A stretch of DNA of 43,146 nucleotides from the NCBI GenBank assembly GCA_965369035.1, contig CBDUPF010000001.1, positions 1 through 43,146 on the forward strand, written 5' to 3'. Positions 9,540 through 18,145 of the stretch are shown here, in pieces (the stretch's first letter is position 1; each line of letters opens with the position of its first letter). The DNA comes from an uncultured Aliishimia sp. (GTDB lineage: Bacteria > Pseudomonadota > Alphaproteobacteria > Rhodobacterales > Rhodobacteraceae). The position numbers and the translations under genes are program-made. The notes beneath the pieces were generated by a model, which did not search any database, was not told the origin of the DNA, and saw nothing but the letters and a program-made list of their open reading frames with translations.

Positions 9540-9753
9540 TTACTGCCTCCGAGAGACCCCACGTTCACACTGTGACTTCGGAATGGGCCAAGTGCCCACA
9601 CCACCTGCGGGAGACGCCCGGTTTTCGCATGCGCGGTTGCCCAATTATTGATCCAACTGCCGGTTTTGCAATCGATTTGTTGAGATGGTGCACGTTTTGC
9701 GTGTGCATTTGGTCAAGCATACCGGCGTCCCGGGCGGGTATCCTGGGCAAGAC

Positions 9754-10674
9754 TCACGGTCCGAGCAGGGCATCGATTTCGGCGCGGTCGGGCATGGAGG
9801 GCGCGGTTCCGGCCCGGGTGACCGAGATCGCGGCAGTGGCCGTACCAAAGCGCACGGCCTCGATGGGCGACATGCCTTCGGAGAGCGCCACCGCGAACCC
9901 GCCGTTGAAGGCGTCGCCCGCCCCGGTCGTTTCGACCACCGGTCCCGCGAACAGGGCCGGTACATGCTGCACACCCTCCGCGGTGCCCAGAAGGGCTCCG
10001 TTCTCACCCAGCGTAATGACGGCCGCGCCCGCGCCCTTGTCGATCACGGCGCGCGCGGCGACGCCGGCGCTGTCGACATCGGTCACCTTCACACCGGTCA
10101 GCGCCTCGGCCTCGGATTCGTTCGGGGTGAGATAGTCGCAGAGCGGGAATATCTCCGGCGGCAGTTCGGCCGCGGGTGCCGGGTTGAGGATCGTGACTGC
10201 GCCCCCCGCCCGCGCGATTTCGAGGCCGCGACGGGCGGCTTCGATCGGCTGTTCCAACTGCGTCACGAAGACGGACGCGCCAGCGATCAGTTCGGACCGT
10301 GCCTCCACATCTGCCGCCGACAGCCGCGCGGCCTCCCCGGGGCAGATGATGATGGCGTTGTTTCCCGTCGCCTCCTCGATGAAGATGTAGGCTGCTCCCG
10401 TCTGACCGCCGTCATGCTGGGTGACGGCCGGCTCCACGCCTGCCGCGCGCCATGTGGAGAACGCCAGGTCGGCAAAGGTGTCCCGCCCCAGCCGCGTGAT
10501 GAAATGGGTTCGGCCCCCGGCGCGCGCCGCCGCCACGGCCTGGTTCGATCCCTTGCCGCCGGGACCGAGAGAAAAGCTGTTGCCGAGGATCGTCTCTCCC
10601 ATCCGCGGCGGCCGGTCGGCCCGGTAGGCCGTGTCGGCGACGAACACGCCGAGGATCGCGATATGTCCTGCCAT
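9754..10674 (-). CDS. Ribokinase / PfkB family sugar kinase
   Basis: PGGKGSNQAVAAAR, QLEQP, LNPAPA, PNESEA, ETTGAGDAFNGGF. Start chosen at MAGHIAILG. Confidence 0.88.
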   Translation of the reverse strand: MAGHIAILGVFVADTAYRADRPPRMGETILGNSFSLGPGGKGSNQAVAAARAGGRTHFITRLGRDTFADLAFSTWRAAGVEPAVTQHDGGQTGAAYIFIEEATGNNAIIICPGEAARLSAADVEARSELIAGASVFVTQLEQPIEAARRGLEIARAGGAVTILNPAPAAELPPEIFPLCDYLTPNESEAEALTGVKVTDVDSAGVAARAVIDKGAGAAVITLGENGALLGTAEGVQHVPALFAGPVVETTGAGDAFNGGFAVALSEGMSPIEAVRFGTATAAISVTRAGTAPSMPDRAEIDALLGP

Positions 10675-10801
10675 GAGGTTTGTCTCCACCGTCATTCGCG
10701 CGTGGAATGAAACCTGCACGCTTTGTGTCCCCGCGGCAAGCGCGTGTCGATGGCGATGATCGCTGCGCGCCGATCCGTCGGGTGCGCTGACAGGCTCGAT
10801 G

Positions 10802-11857
10802 TCATTCGGCCGGTTCGAACCCGGCGATCAGATGACGCAAGCCCAGCGCCGCCCCAGCGAAGATCGCGGCAAACGTTACGGGCGCGCTGAACGCCAGGAC
10901 GGAGAAGGCGGAAATGCCCTGTCCGACGCTGCAGCCCAGGGCAATCACCGCGCCGGGCCCCATGAGGGCGGCGCCCAGGATCTGACGTTTCAACTCGCGC
11001 GGATCCTCGCAAGCCTCCCACCGGAAATGACCCTTGAACCAGGAGCCGGCCACCGCGCCCAGCACGACACCGACCACCGAACCGATACCGAAGGAGAGAG
11101 CGCTTCCCGATGCCGTCATCAGGTAGAGGATCGTGTCGCCCAGCGGGGCGGCGAAGGTGTGCGACTCCACGGGTATGGCTTCGAACCCGTGCCGGGCCAC
11201 CCATGCGGTGCCGAGCCATCCCGACACCACGGCGAGCCCCACGGCGACACCCCAGGCGACCTGCGCCGGAGAGCGTCGCATCTTTGCGCGCGAAAGTGCC
11301 AGCAGGATCAGTCCGGTTCCGATCAGTGCTCCGGTCAGGGCGGGCGACCAGCCCAGCCCGGTCTCTGCCAGTTGTCCGAAACCTTGCGGAGCGCCGTCGC
11401 TCGGGCTGACCGGGAAGAGCCACACGCGCAGCTGCGCCAGCGGTCCCGACATCACGACATAGGCGGAAACGCCCATGACGAGCACGATCACGAATGCGCG
11501 CAGGTCACCGCCACCCAGCCGGGCCAGTGCGCCGTAGCCGCAGTTGCCCGAAAGCGCCATGCCGTAGCCGAAGAGAAGGCCGCCCACCACGCTGCCCAGC
11601 GGCGACCAGGCCAGTCCCAGGTAGATCGTGGCCGCGCCATCGAGCAGACCCGCGCTCATGGACAGTTGCGTGCCGATGATCGCGGTGCCGATGGCGAGCA
11701 GCCACATGCGCATCCGCCGATCGTCGGAGGAGTAGAGCAGGTCCTCGATCGCGCCCAGCGTGCAAAATCTGCCGATTCGCTCGGCAAGTCCCAACACGAC
11801 GCCGCCGGCCAGGCCGATCAGCGCAACAGCGTTGGCTTCTCCCAGGATATCCAGCAT
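10802..11857 (-). CDS. soxT: YeeE/YedE family sulfur-compound transporter SoxT
   Basis: Polytopic membrane protein with Cys motifs GRFCTLG, GNCGYG, LGCSVGQG; directly downstream of soxR. Confidence 0.85.
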   Translation of the reverse strand: MLDILGEANAVALIGLAGGVVLGLAERIGRFCTLGAIEDLLYSSDDRRMRMWLLAIGTAIIGTQLSMSAGLLDGAATIYLGLAWSPLGSVVGGLLFGYGMALSGNCGYGALARLGGGDLRAFVIVLVMGVSAYVVMSGPLAQLRVWLFPVSPSDGAPQGFGQLAETGLGWSPALTGALIGTGLILLALSRAKMRRSPAQVAWGVAVGLAVVSGWLGTAWVARHGFEAIPVESHTFAAPLGDTILYLMTASGSALSFGIGSVVGVVLGAVAGSWFKGHFRWEACEDPRELKRQILGAALMGPGAVIALGCSVGQGISAFSVLAFSAPVTFAAIFAGAALGLRHLIAGFEPAE

Positions 11858-11899
11858 CCGGGCGCCCTCCCTCGCCGCGGCCACATCGACAAGAGCGCG

Positions 11900-12286
11900 T
11901 CAGTCGCGCCCGCAGAAGATGTCGTAGACCACCTCGATGATTTGACGGGCGCGGTCGTCTGTCAAGCTGTAGTAGATCGCCTTGCCTTCGCGGCGCGGCG
12001 AGACCAACCCCTCGAGCCGAAGCCGCGACAGCTGCTGTGACACGGCGGCCTGGCGGGCCGACAGCAGGTCTTCCAGTTCGGTCACCGATTTCTCGCCCGA
12101 GGCCAGGTGGCAGAGGATCATGAGCCGACCCTCGTGGCTGATCGCCTTGAGAAACTTCGAGGCATCCTGTGCATTCTGCACCATCCGCTCCATGTCCTCC
12201 CGGCACATGTCCTGGGTGAACACCGGAAGGTTCGAGCGGGTCGGGGAGCTTTCCTGCGGGGTCGTGCTGTGTGTTTCGCCAGACAT
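11900..12286 (-). CDS. soxR: ArsR family sulfane-sulfur-responsive repressor SoxR
   Basis: FLKAISHEGRLMILCHL...SVTELE...VSQQLSRLRLEGLV..RREGKAIYYSL...DIFC: BigR/SqrR-type Cys pair, sox context. Confidence 0.92.
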   Translation of the reverse strand: MSGETHSTTPQESSPTRSNLPVFTQDMCREDMERMVQNAQDASKFLKAISHEGRLMILCHLASGEKSVTELEDLLSARQAAVSQQLSRLRLEGLVSPRREGKAIYYSLTDDRARQIIEVVYDIFCGRD

Positions 12287-12302
12287 TGTCCTATCCAGAC
12301 GG

Positions 12303-12659
12303 CTATGTGTCGATCCGTGCGCGTTCCAGAAGTTGCCCGAGCAGACCCCAGAAGAAGTCCTGACCCGGATAGCCCTCGATCCGGCCCTGTTCCAGACCGT
12401 CCCGCACGAGAATGAAGGTTGGAGTATAGTGCAGCTTGCGGTCCAGTGTCACGCCGTCCGGTGCCCCGTCCCGTATATCGAAGCGCCGCAGCGGTGCGGC
12501 CTTGCCCTCCACCGTCTTGGGATAGATCTCCGCGATCTCGGCGTTCCAGCGCGCGCACCAGACGCAGCCCGGCTCCTCTGCCATGAGCAGCAGGGTTTCC
12601 GCCCTGACGACGGTGGCAAAGGCCAGGAAGATGACCGCGAACAGGGCGCAGATGCGCAT
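12303..12659 (-). CDS. soxS: Periplasmic thioredoxin-like protein SoxS
   Basis: Sec signal peptide, GCVWC, YPKT, YTPTF, RIEGYPG; lies between soxR and soxV. Confidence 0.88.
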   Translation of the reverse strand: MRICALFAVIFLAFATVVRAETLLLMAEEPGCVWCARWNAEIAEIYPKTVEGKAAPLRRFDIRDGAPDGVTLDRKLHYTPTFILVRDGLEQGRIEGYPGQDFFWGLLGQLLERARIDT

Positions 12660-12695
12660 CGTGCCAACTCCGATTGACGAACGGTATCTTTCATC

Positions 12696-12714
12696 ATAAT
12701 CAAATATGTGAATT
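12696..12714. promoter_or_regulatory. Putative SoxR operator in the soxS-soxV divergent promoter
   Basis: ATAATC-AAATATGT-GAATT, a one-mismatch copy of the ATTC-N8-GAAT core also seen at 14107, 16388 and 24063. Confidence 0.6.
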
Positions 12715-12741
12715 CTTCAAGGACGCGAGGCGCGCACGGCA

Positions 12742-13482
12742 ATGTTTGACGTCACCTTCTTTGGCGCGTTTATTGCCGGGCTCCTGTCGTTCCTGTCGCC
12801 GTGCATCCTGCCGATCGTCCCGTTCTATCTGAGCTACCTCGCCGGTGTCGGGATGAACCAGATCTCCGCCACGGCCGAAGTCACGCCCGCCGTGCGCTGG
12901 CGGGCCTTTTCCGCGTCGGTCCTGTTTGCGCTGGGCGTGATCACGGTGTTCGTCGGACTGGGGGCCAGCGCCACGATCTTCGGCCAGTTGGTGCGTGACT
13001 ATTTCGACGTGCTGCGGTGGTTCGCCGCTGCGCTGATCATCGCCATGGGCCTGCATTTCCTGGGCGTGATCCGAATCGGGCTGCTCTATCGTCAGTTCCG
13101 GGCCGATTCGGGACAGACCGACAACCTGTCCCTGCTGGGAGCTTATGTGATCGGGCTGGCCTTTGCCTTTGGCTGGACACCCTGCGTGGGGCCGGTGCTG
13201 GCCGCAATCCTTTTCACCGCGGCCGGACAGGAGTCGGCGGCGCAGGGTGCCGGTCTGCTGTTCGTGTACGGTTTCGGGATGACCGCGCCGTTCATCCTGG
13301 CCGCGCTCTTCATCGGGCCGTTCATGCGCTGGATGGCCGGGTTCCGACGGCATCTCGGCCTGATCGAGAAGCTGATGGGCGCGCTGCTGATCGTGTTCGG
13401 CGTGCTGATCGCCACGAATTCCATCAATATCATTGCGCAATGGATGCTGGACGTGTTCCCATGGTTCTCGTCCATTGGTTGA
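12742..13482 (+). CDS. soxV: CcdA-like membrane disulfide reductase SoxV
   Basis: SFLSPCILP and FGWTPCVGP; about six transmembrane segments. Confidence 0.93.
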   Translation: MFDVTFFGAFIAGLLSFLSPCILPIVPFYLSYLAGVGMNQISATAEVTPAVRWRAFSASVLFALGVITVFVGLGASATIFGQLVRDYFDVLRWFAAALIIAMGLHFLGVIRIGLLYRQFRADSGQTDNLSLLGAYVIGLAFAFGWTPCVGPVLAAILFTAAGQESAAQGAGLLFVYGFGMTAPFILAALFIGPFMRWMAGFRRHLGLIEKLMGALLIVFGVLIATNSINIIAQWMLDVFPWFSSIG

Positions 13483-13501
13483 AACACCAGGGGAGGTGAC
13501 G

Positions 13502-14080
13502 ATGAAACGACTGATTGCGACGATAACGGCGGTGCTGCTTGCGTTTCCGGTGGGTGCGGCCGAACTGGGCGACGACGGGCTCCACAAGACGTCGTGGATG
13601 CGCGACACGTTCAAGGACCTGTCCGAGGACCTCGACGAAGCGAACGCCGAAGGCAAGCGCCTGCTGGTCCTGGTGGAACAGCGCGGCTGTATCTATTGCA
13701 CCAAGATGCACGAGGAGGTCTATCCCCGCCCCGAGATCAGGCAGATGATCGAGGACACCTACTTCGTGGTGCAGTTGAACCTGCATGGCGACATCGAGGT
13801 GACCGACTTCGACGGCGAAGTGCTGAGCGAAAAGGCGATGGCGCGCAAATGGGGCGTCATGTTCACCCCCACCATGATGTTCCTGCCCGAAGAGGTCGGC
13901 GAGGACATGTCCGCGGAGGAGGCCGCAGTTGCCACCATGCCAGGCGCCTTCGGTCCCGGGACCACGCTGGACCTGTTGACCTGGGTCGCGGAAAAAAGAT
14001 ACGAAGATCAATCGGAAGAGGACTTCCAGCGCTATCACGCGCGCAGAATCCAGGAACGCAGCGACGGGTCGACCGATTGA
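13502..14080 (+). CDS. soxW: Periplasmic thioredoxin SoxW
   Basis: GGGAGG RBS, signal peptide, EQRGCIYC, VMFTPT, FQRYH. Confidence 0.92.
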   Translation: MKRLIATITAVLLAFPVGAAELGDDGLHKTSWMRDTFKDLSEDLDEANAEGKRLLVLVEQRGCIYCTKMHEEVYPRPEIRQMIEDTYFVVQLNLHGDIEVTDFDGEVLSEKAMARKWGVMFTPTMMFLPEEVGEDMSAEEAAVATMPGAFGPGTTLDLLTWVAEKRYEDQSEEDFQRYHARRIQERSDGSTD

Positions 14081-14104
14081 CCCGGTGCGCCGGGATGTTC
14101 GCAT

Positions 14105-14124
14105 AAATTCATTTAGCTGAATTT
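14105..14124. promoter_or_regulatory. Putative SoxR operator upstream of soxX
   Basis: Perfect-arm palindrome AAATTCA-TTTAGC-TGAATTT. The soxW-soxX spacer is a known SoxR-binding region in Paracoccus. Confidence 0.68.
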
Positions 14125-14185
14125 GTTGTTGCGTGAATCGCAATGTGTACCGTAGTGTTCACGCAAGGAGCCAAAGGGAGGAAAC

Positions 14186-14656
14186 ATGAAGCACGTGGTC
14201 ACAGGCGCGGCGCTCGCCGTTGCAATGGCGACATCGGCGGCAGCGGACATGGTCGCCCCGTCGGATGTCGTCTTCGAGGACGGTGCGGTATCGTCGTCAC
14301 TGAGCGGGACGCCCGGCGATCCGGCATCGGGGGCGGAAATCATGGACAAGGGCGCGGGCAACTGCATCGCGTGCCATCAGGTCGGCGCGCTGAGCCATCT
14401 GCAGTTCCAGGGCGAGATCGGCCCGCCGCTCGACGGTGCGGCAGATCGCTGGAGCGAAGCGGAACTGCGCGGGATCGTGGCCAATGCCAAGGTCATGTTC
14501 GAAGACTCGATGATGCCGTCATTCTACCGGACCGAAGGATTCATCCGGCCGGGCAACGAGTACACCGGCGACCCCGTCGAGGGCGACGTGCAGCCGCTGC
14601 TGACCGCGCAGCAGGTCGAAGACGTGGTGGCGTTTCTGATGACGCTCAAAGAGTGA
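14186..14656 (+). CDS. soxX: Sulfur oxidation c-type cytochrome SoxX
   Basis: Signal peptide, GNCIACH heme motif, GEIGPPL, SMMPSFY. Confidence 0.96.
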   Translation: MKHVVTGAALAVAMATSAAADMVAPSDVVFEDGAVSSSLSGTPGDPASGAEIMDKGAGNCIACHQVGALSHLQFQGEIGPPLDGAADRWSEAELRGIVANAKVMFEDSMMPSFYRTEGFIRPGNEYTGDPVEGDVQPLLTAQQVEDVVAFLMTLKE

Positions 14657-14678
14657 TAGCGAGCAAAGGGAGAACGAT

Positions 14679-15107
14679 ATGGAATTCACACGGCGCAACA
14701 TGATGGCAGTCAGCTCGGGTGCCATGCTGGCGACCGGGCTGGGCGGGCTTCCGACCTTTGCCTTCGCCTCCACGACCGAAGACGCGATCGCCGCCTTCAC
14801 CGGGGGCGCGGACGTGGGCGAGGGCGGCGTGACGCTGAACGCGCCCGAGATCGCGGAGAACGGCAACACCGTGCCGATCGACGTGATCGCACCCGGCGCG
14901 GTGTCGGTGCTGCTGCTGGCGGACGGCAACCCGCAGCCCGGCATCGCGACATTCAACTTCGGGCCGCTCAATCCGACGCAGACGGCGGCCACTCGGGTCC
15001 GCCTGGCCAAGACCCAGAACGTGGTGGCGGTGGCAAAGATGGCGGACGGCTCGTTCACGAAAACCCAGGCGGCCGTAAAGGTCACCATCGGCGGCTGCGG
15101 CGGCTGA
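14679..15107 (+). CDS. soxY: Sulfur carrier protein SoxY
   Basis: Tat motif TRRNMM, PEIAENG, C-terminal VKVTIGGCGG arm. Confidence 0.98.
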   Translation: MEFTRRNMMAVSSGAMLATGLGGLPTFAFASTTEDAIAAFTGGADVGEGGVTLNAPEIAENGNTVPIDVIAPGAVSVLLLADGNPQPGIATFNFGPLNPTQTAATRVRLAKTQNVVAVAKMADGSFTKTQAAVKVTIGGCGG

Positions 15108-15128
15108 GGCAGGAAGGAGACAGAACAG

Positions 15129-15458
15129 ATGGCACAAGGTGTGAAACCCCGCGTCAAGGTCCCGAAAAAGGCCTCTGCCGGCGAAACGATCACGATCAAG
15201 ACCCTGATCAGCCACCCGATGGAAAGCGGTCAGCGCAAGGACAGCGACGGCAACCTCATCCCGCGGTCGATCATCAACCGCTTCACCTGCGACTTCAACG
15301 GCGAGAACGTGATCGACGTGACGCTTGAGCCCGCGGTCTCGACCAACCCCTATCTGCAGTTCGATGCAACTGTGCCGGAGTCGGGCGAGTTCCAGTTCAA
15401 GTGGTACGATGACGACGGCTCCGTCTATGAGGAAGCCGGCAAGATCGACGTCAGCTGA
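15129..15458 (+). CDS. soxZ: Sulfur carrier partner SoxZ
   Basis: TLISHPMESGQRKD, PAVSTNPY, WYDDDG. Confidence 0.97.
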   Translation: MAQGVKPRVKVPKKASAGETITIKTLISHPMESGQRKDSDGNLIPRSIINRFTCDFNGENVIDVTLEPAVSTNPYLQFDATVPESGEFQFKWYDDDGSVYEEAGKIDVS

Positions 15459-15480
15459 CGCCGAGAACAGGGAGGATAAC

Positions 15481-16335
15481 GTGAAAAACAAGAAACTTAC
15501 CCGCGTTCTGGCTGTCCTGGCGACGGCCGGGCTCGCCACGGGTGCATCGGCAGGTCCCGACGACGACCAGCTGATCGTCAACGACGAGATCGAGATCGTG
15601 ACCGAGGCCGCCGCGCCGGAGCATATGGAGAACATCGACACCATCTATTCCGGTTGGCGGTTCCGCACCGACGAGACCCAGGCCGTCCAGATGGACGATT
15701 TCGACAACCCCGCGATGATCTTCGTGGAGAAGGCCATCGACGACTGGACCACGCCGGAGGGGACGGAGGGCAAGTCCTGTTCCTCCTGCCACAACGACCC
15801 GGACAGCATGGCCGGTGTTCGCGCCGTGTACCCGAAATGGAACGAGGAAGCCGGCGAAGTTCGCACGATGGAGATGCAGATCAACGCCTGCCGCGAGACC
15901 CGCATGGGCGCGGAGCCGTGGGGCTATACTTCCGGCGACATGGTCAACATGACGGCACTTCTGTCGGCGGTATCGCGCGGCCTTCCGGTCAATGTGTCGA
16001 TCGACGGCCCGGCCCAGTCGACCTGGGAAAAGGGCAAGGAGATCTATTATACGCGCTACGGTCAACTCGAGTTGTCATGCGCGAACTGCCACGAGGACAA
16101 TTACGGCAACATGATCCGCGCCGACCATCTGTCCCAGGGGCAGATCAACGGGTTTCCCGTGTACCGGCTGAAGAACACGAAGCTCAATTCGGCGCATGAC
16201 CGGTTCAAGGGCTGCATCCGAGACACGCGGGCGCATACCTTCAAGCCCGGTTCTCCTGAGTTCGTCGCGCTGGAGCTCTACGTCGCCTCGCGCGGGAACG
16301 GCCTGGGCGTCGAGGGACCCGCCGTTCGCAACTGA
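15481..16335 (+). CDS. soxA: Diheme cytochrome SoxA
   Basis: GTG start after GGGAGG; heme motifs CSSCH and CANCH; FPVYRLK; RFKGCIRDTR with the active-site Cys; ALELYVASRG. Confidence 0.97.
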   Translation: MKNKKLTRVLAVLATAGLATGASAGPDDDQLIVNDEIEIVTEAAAPEHMENIDTIYSGWRFRTDETQAVQMDDFDNPAMIFVEKAIDDWTTPEGTEGKSCSSCHNDPDSMAGVRAVYPKWNEEAGEVRTMEMQINACRETRMGAEPWGYTSGDMVNMTALLSAVSRGLPVNVSIDGPAQSTWEKGKEIYYTRYGQLELSCANCHEDNYGNMIRADHLSQGQINGFPVYRLKNTKLNSAHDRFKGCIRDTRAHTFKPGSPEFVALELYVASRGNGLGVEGPAVRN

Positions 16336-16341
16336 CCCGGG

Positions 16342-16374
16342 AAGGCCCCGTCCCGGGAGGGAGCGGGGCCTTTT
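16342..16374 (+). terminator. Stem-loop with short U tract after soxA (intrinsic terminator or attenuator)
   Basis: AAGGCCCCG-TCCC-ggga-GGGA-g-CGGGGCCTT followed by TT. Confidence 0.7.
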
Positions 16375-16386
16375 CATCTCTGAAAG

Positions 16387-16405
16387 CATTCAAAAATGCG
16401 CATAT
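16387..16405. promoter_or_regulatory. Putative SoxR operator upstream of soxB
   Basis: CATTC-AAAAATGC-GCATAT, a one-mismatch ATTC-N8-GAAT core in an AT-rich spacer. Confidence 0.5.
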
Positions 16406-16425
16406 GAACGAAGGATGGCAGTCCA

Positions 16426-18123
16426 ATGATCTCGCGTCGTGATTTTCTGCAGGTGGGCATGGCGGCCTCGGCACTGGTGGGTGCTTCCGGTTTCGGCAAC
16501 TGGGCGCGGCTGGCCGCACAACAGCAACTGACGCAGGACCAGCTGCTGCAGTTCGACACATACGGCAACGTCTCGCTGATTCACGTGACCGACATCCATG
16601 CGCAACTGAAACCGATCTATTTCCGGGAGCCCTCGGTCAACATCGGGGTCGGCGCCAACCGCGGGGAGGTGCCGCATGTCACAGGCGCCGATTTCCGCCG
16701 TCTCTACGGGATCGACGACGGCTCTCCGGCGCATTACGCGCTGTCCTCGGGCGATTTCGCGGCGCTGGCCAAAGGTTACGGCCGGGTAGGCGGGCTCGAC
16801 CGCGTGGCGACCGTCATCAACGCGATCCGTGCCGACCGGCCCGATGCGCTGCTGCTCGACGGCGGGGATACGTGGCACGGCTCCTACACCTGCTATCAGA
16901 CGGCGGGTCAGGACATGGTCAACGTGATGAACGCCCTGCGGCCGGACGCGATGACATTCCACTGGGAATTCACGCTGGGCTCCGACCGGGTCAACGAACT
17001 GGTGGAGGGGCTGCCCTTCGCCGCACTTGGCCAGAACATCTTCGACGCCGAATGGGACGAGCCGACGGACGTCTTCAAGCCCTACGAGATGTTCGAACGC
17101 GGTGGCACGATGATCGCCGTGATCGGCCAGGCATTCCCCTACATGCCGATCGCAAATCCCGGCTGGATGTTCCCGGAATACGCCTTCGGCCTGCGTGACG
17201 AGCATTTGCAGGGAATCGTGGAAGAGGTGCGCGCGGCCGGTGCCGAATGCGTCGTCCTGCTGAGCCACAACGGTTTCGACGTCGACAAGAAGATGGCGAG
17301 CGTGGTCAGCGGCATCGACGTGGTCCTGTCCGGCCACACGCACGACGCGTTGCCCGAACCCGTGCTGGTGGGCGAGACGATCCTCCTGCCCTCCGGCTCG
17401 AACGGGAAATTCGTGACCCGCCTGGATCTCGACATCCGCGACGGACGCATGATGGGGTACCGCAGCAAGCTGATCCCGATCTTCGCCGACGTGATCGCAC
17501 CGGACGCGGAGATGGCCGCGCTGATCGACGAGCAGCGGGCGCCGTATCTCGAGCACATGTCCGAAGTCGTGGGGCAGACCGAATCGCTGCTCTACCGTCG
17601 CGGCAATTTCAACGGCAGCTGGGACGACCTGATCTGCGATGCGCTGCTGTCCGAGCGGGACGCGGAGATCGCACTGTCGCCCGGCGTGCGCTGGGGTCCG
17701 TCGCTGATCCCGGGGCAGGACATCACCCGCGAGGATATCTGGAACGTGACCTCCATGACCTATCCGGAGGCCTACCGGACGGAGATGACCGGGGATTTCC
17801 TCAAGGTCGTGCTGGAAGACGTGGCCGACAACATCTTCAACCCTGATCCTTATTACCAGCAGGGCGGCGACATGGTGCGGACCGGTGGGCTGGGCTACCG
17901 GATCGACGTGACGAAGCCGCAGGGCGAACGGATCAGCGACATGACCCTGCTGAGCACGGGCGAGGCCATCGATCCCGCCCGCAGCTATGTCGTCGCCGGC
18001 TGGGCCAGCGTCAACGAAGGCACCGAAGGTCCGCCGATCTGGGACGTGGTGGAAAGCCACATCCGCAAGCTGGGCACGGTCACGGTTGGCGAGAACAACA
18101 GCGTCGAAGTCGTCGGCGCATGA
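16426..18123 (+). CDS. soxB: Thiosulfohydrolase SoxB
   Basis: Tat motif SRRDFL, TDIHAQLKP, REPSVN, DGGDTW, HWEF, SGHTHD, NPDPYYQQGGDMVR. Confidence 0.98.
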   Translation: MISRRDFLQVGMAASALVGASGFGNWARLAAQQQLTQDQLLQFDTYGNVSLIHVTDIHAQLKPIYFREPSVNIGVGANRGEVPHVTGADFRRLYGIDDGSPAHYALSSGDFAALAKGYGRVGGLDRVATVINAIRADRPDALLLDGGDTWHGSYTCYQTAGQDMVNVMNALRPDAMTFHWEFTLGSDRVNELVEGLPFAALGQNIFDAEWDEPTDVFKPYEMFERGGTMIAVIGQAFPYMPIANPGWMFPEYAFGLRDEHLQGIVEEVRAAGAECVVLLSHNGFDVDKKMASVVSGIDVVLSGHTHDALPEPVLVGETILLPSGSNGKFVTRLDLDIRDGRMMGYRSKLIPIFADVIAPDAEMAALIDEQRAPYLEHMSEVVGQTESLLYRRGNFNGSWDDLICDALLSERDAEIALSPGVRWGPSLIPGQDITREDIWNVTSMTYPEAYRTEMTGDFLKVVLEDVADNIFNPDPYYQQGGDMVRTGGLGYRIDVTKPQGERISDMTLLSTGEAIDPARSYVVAGWASVNEGTEGPPIWDVVESHIRKLGTVTVGENNSVEVVGA

Positions 18124-18145
18124 GCGTAGAAGGAGACATCCGCAG

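Noticed and set aside
9754-10674. PfkB kinase as a sulfofructose kinase
   Set aside because: Motifs are ribokinase-like and no sulfoglycolysis genes are adjacent.
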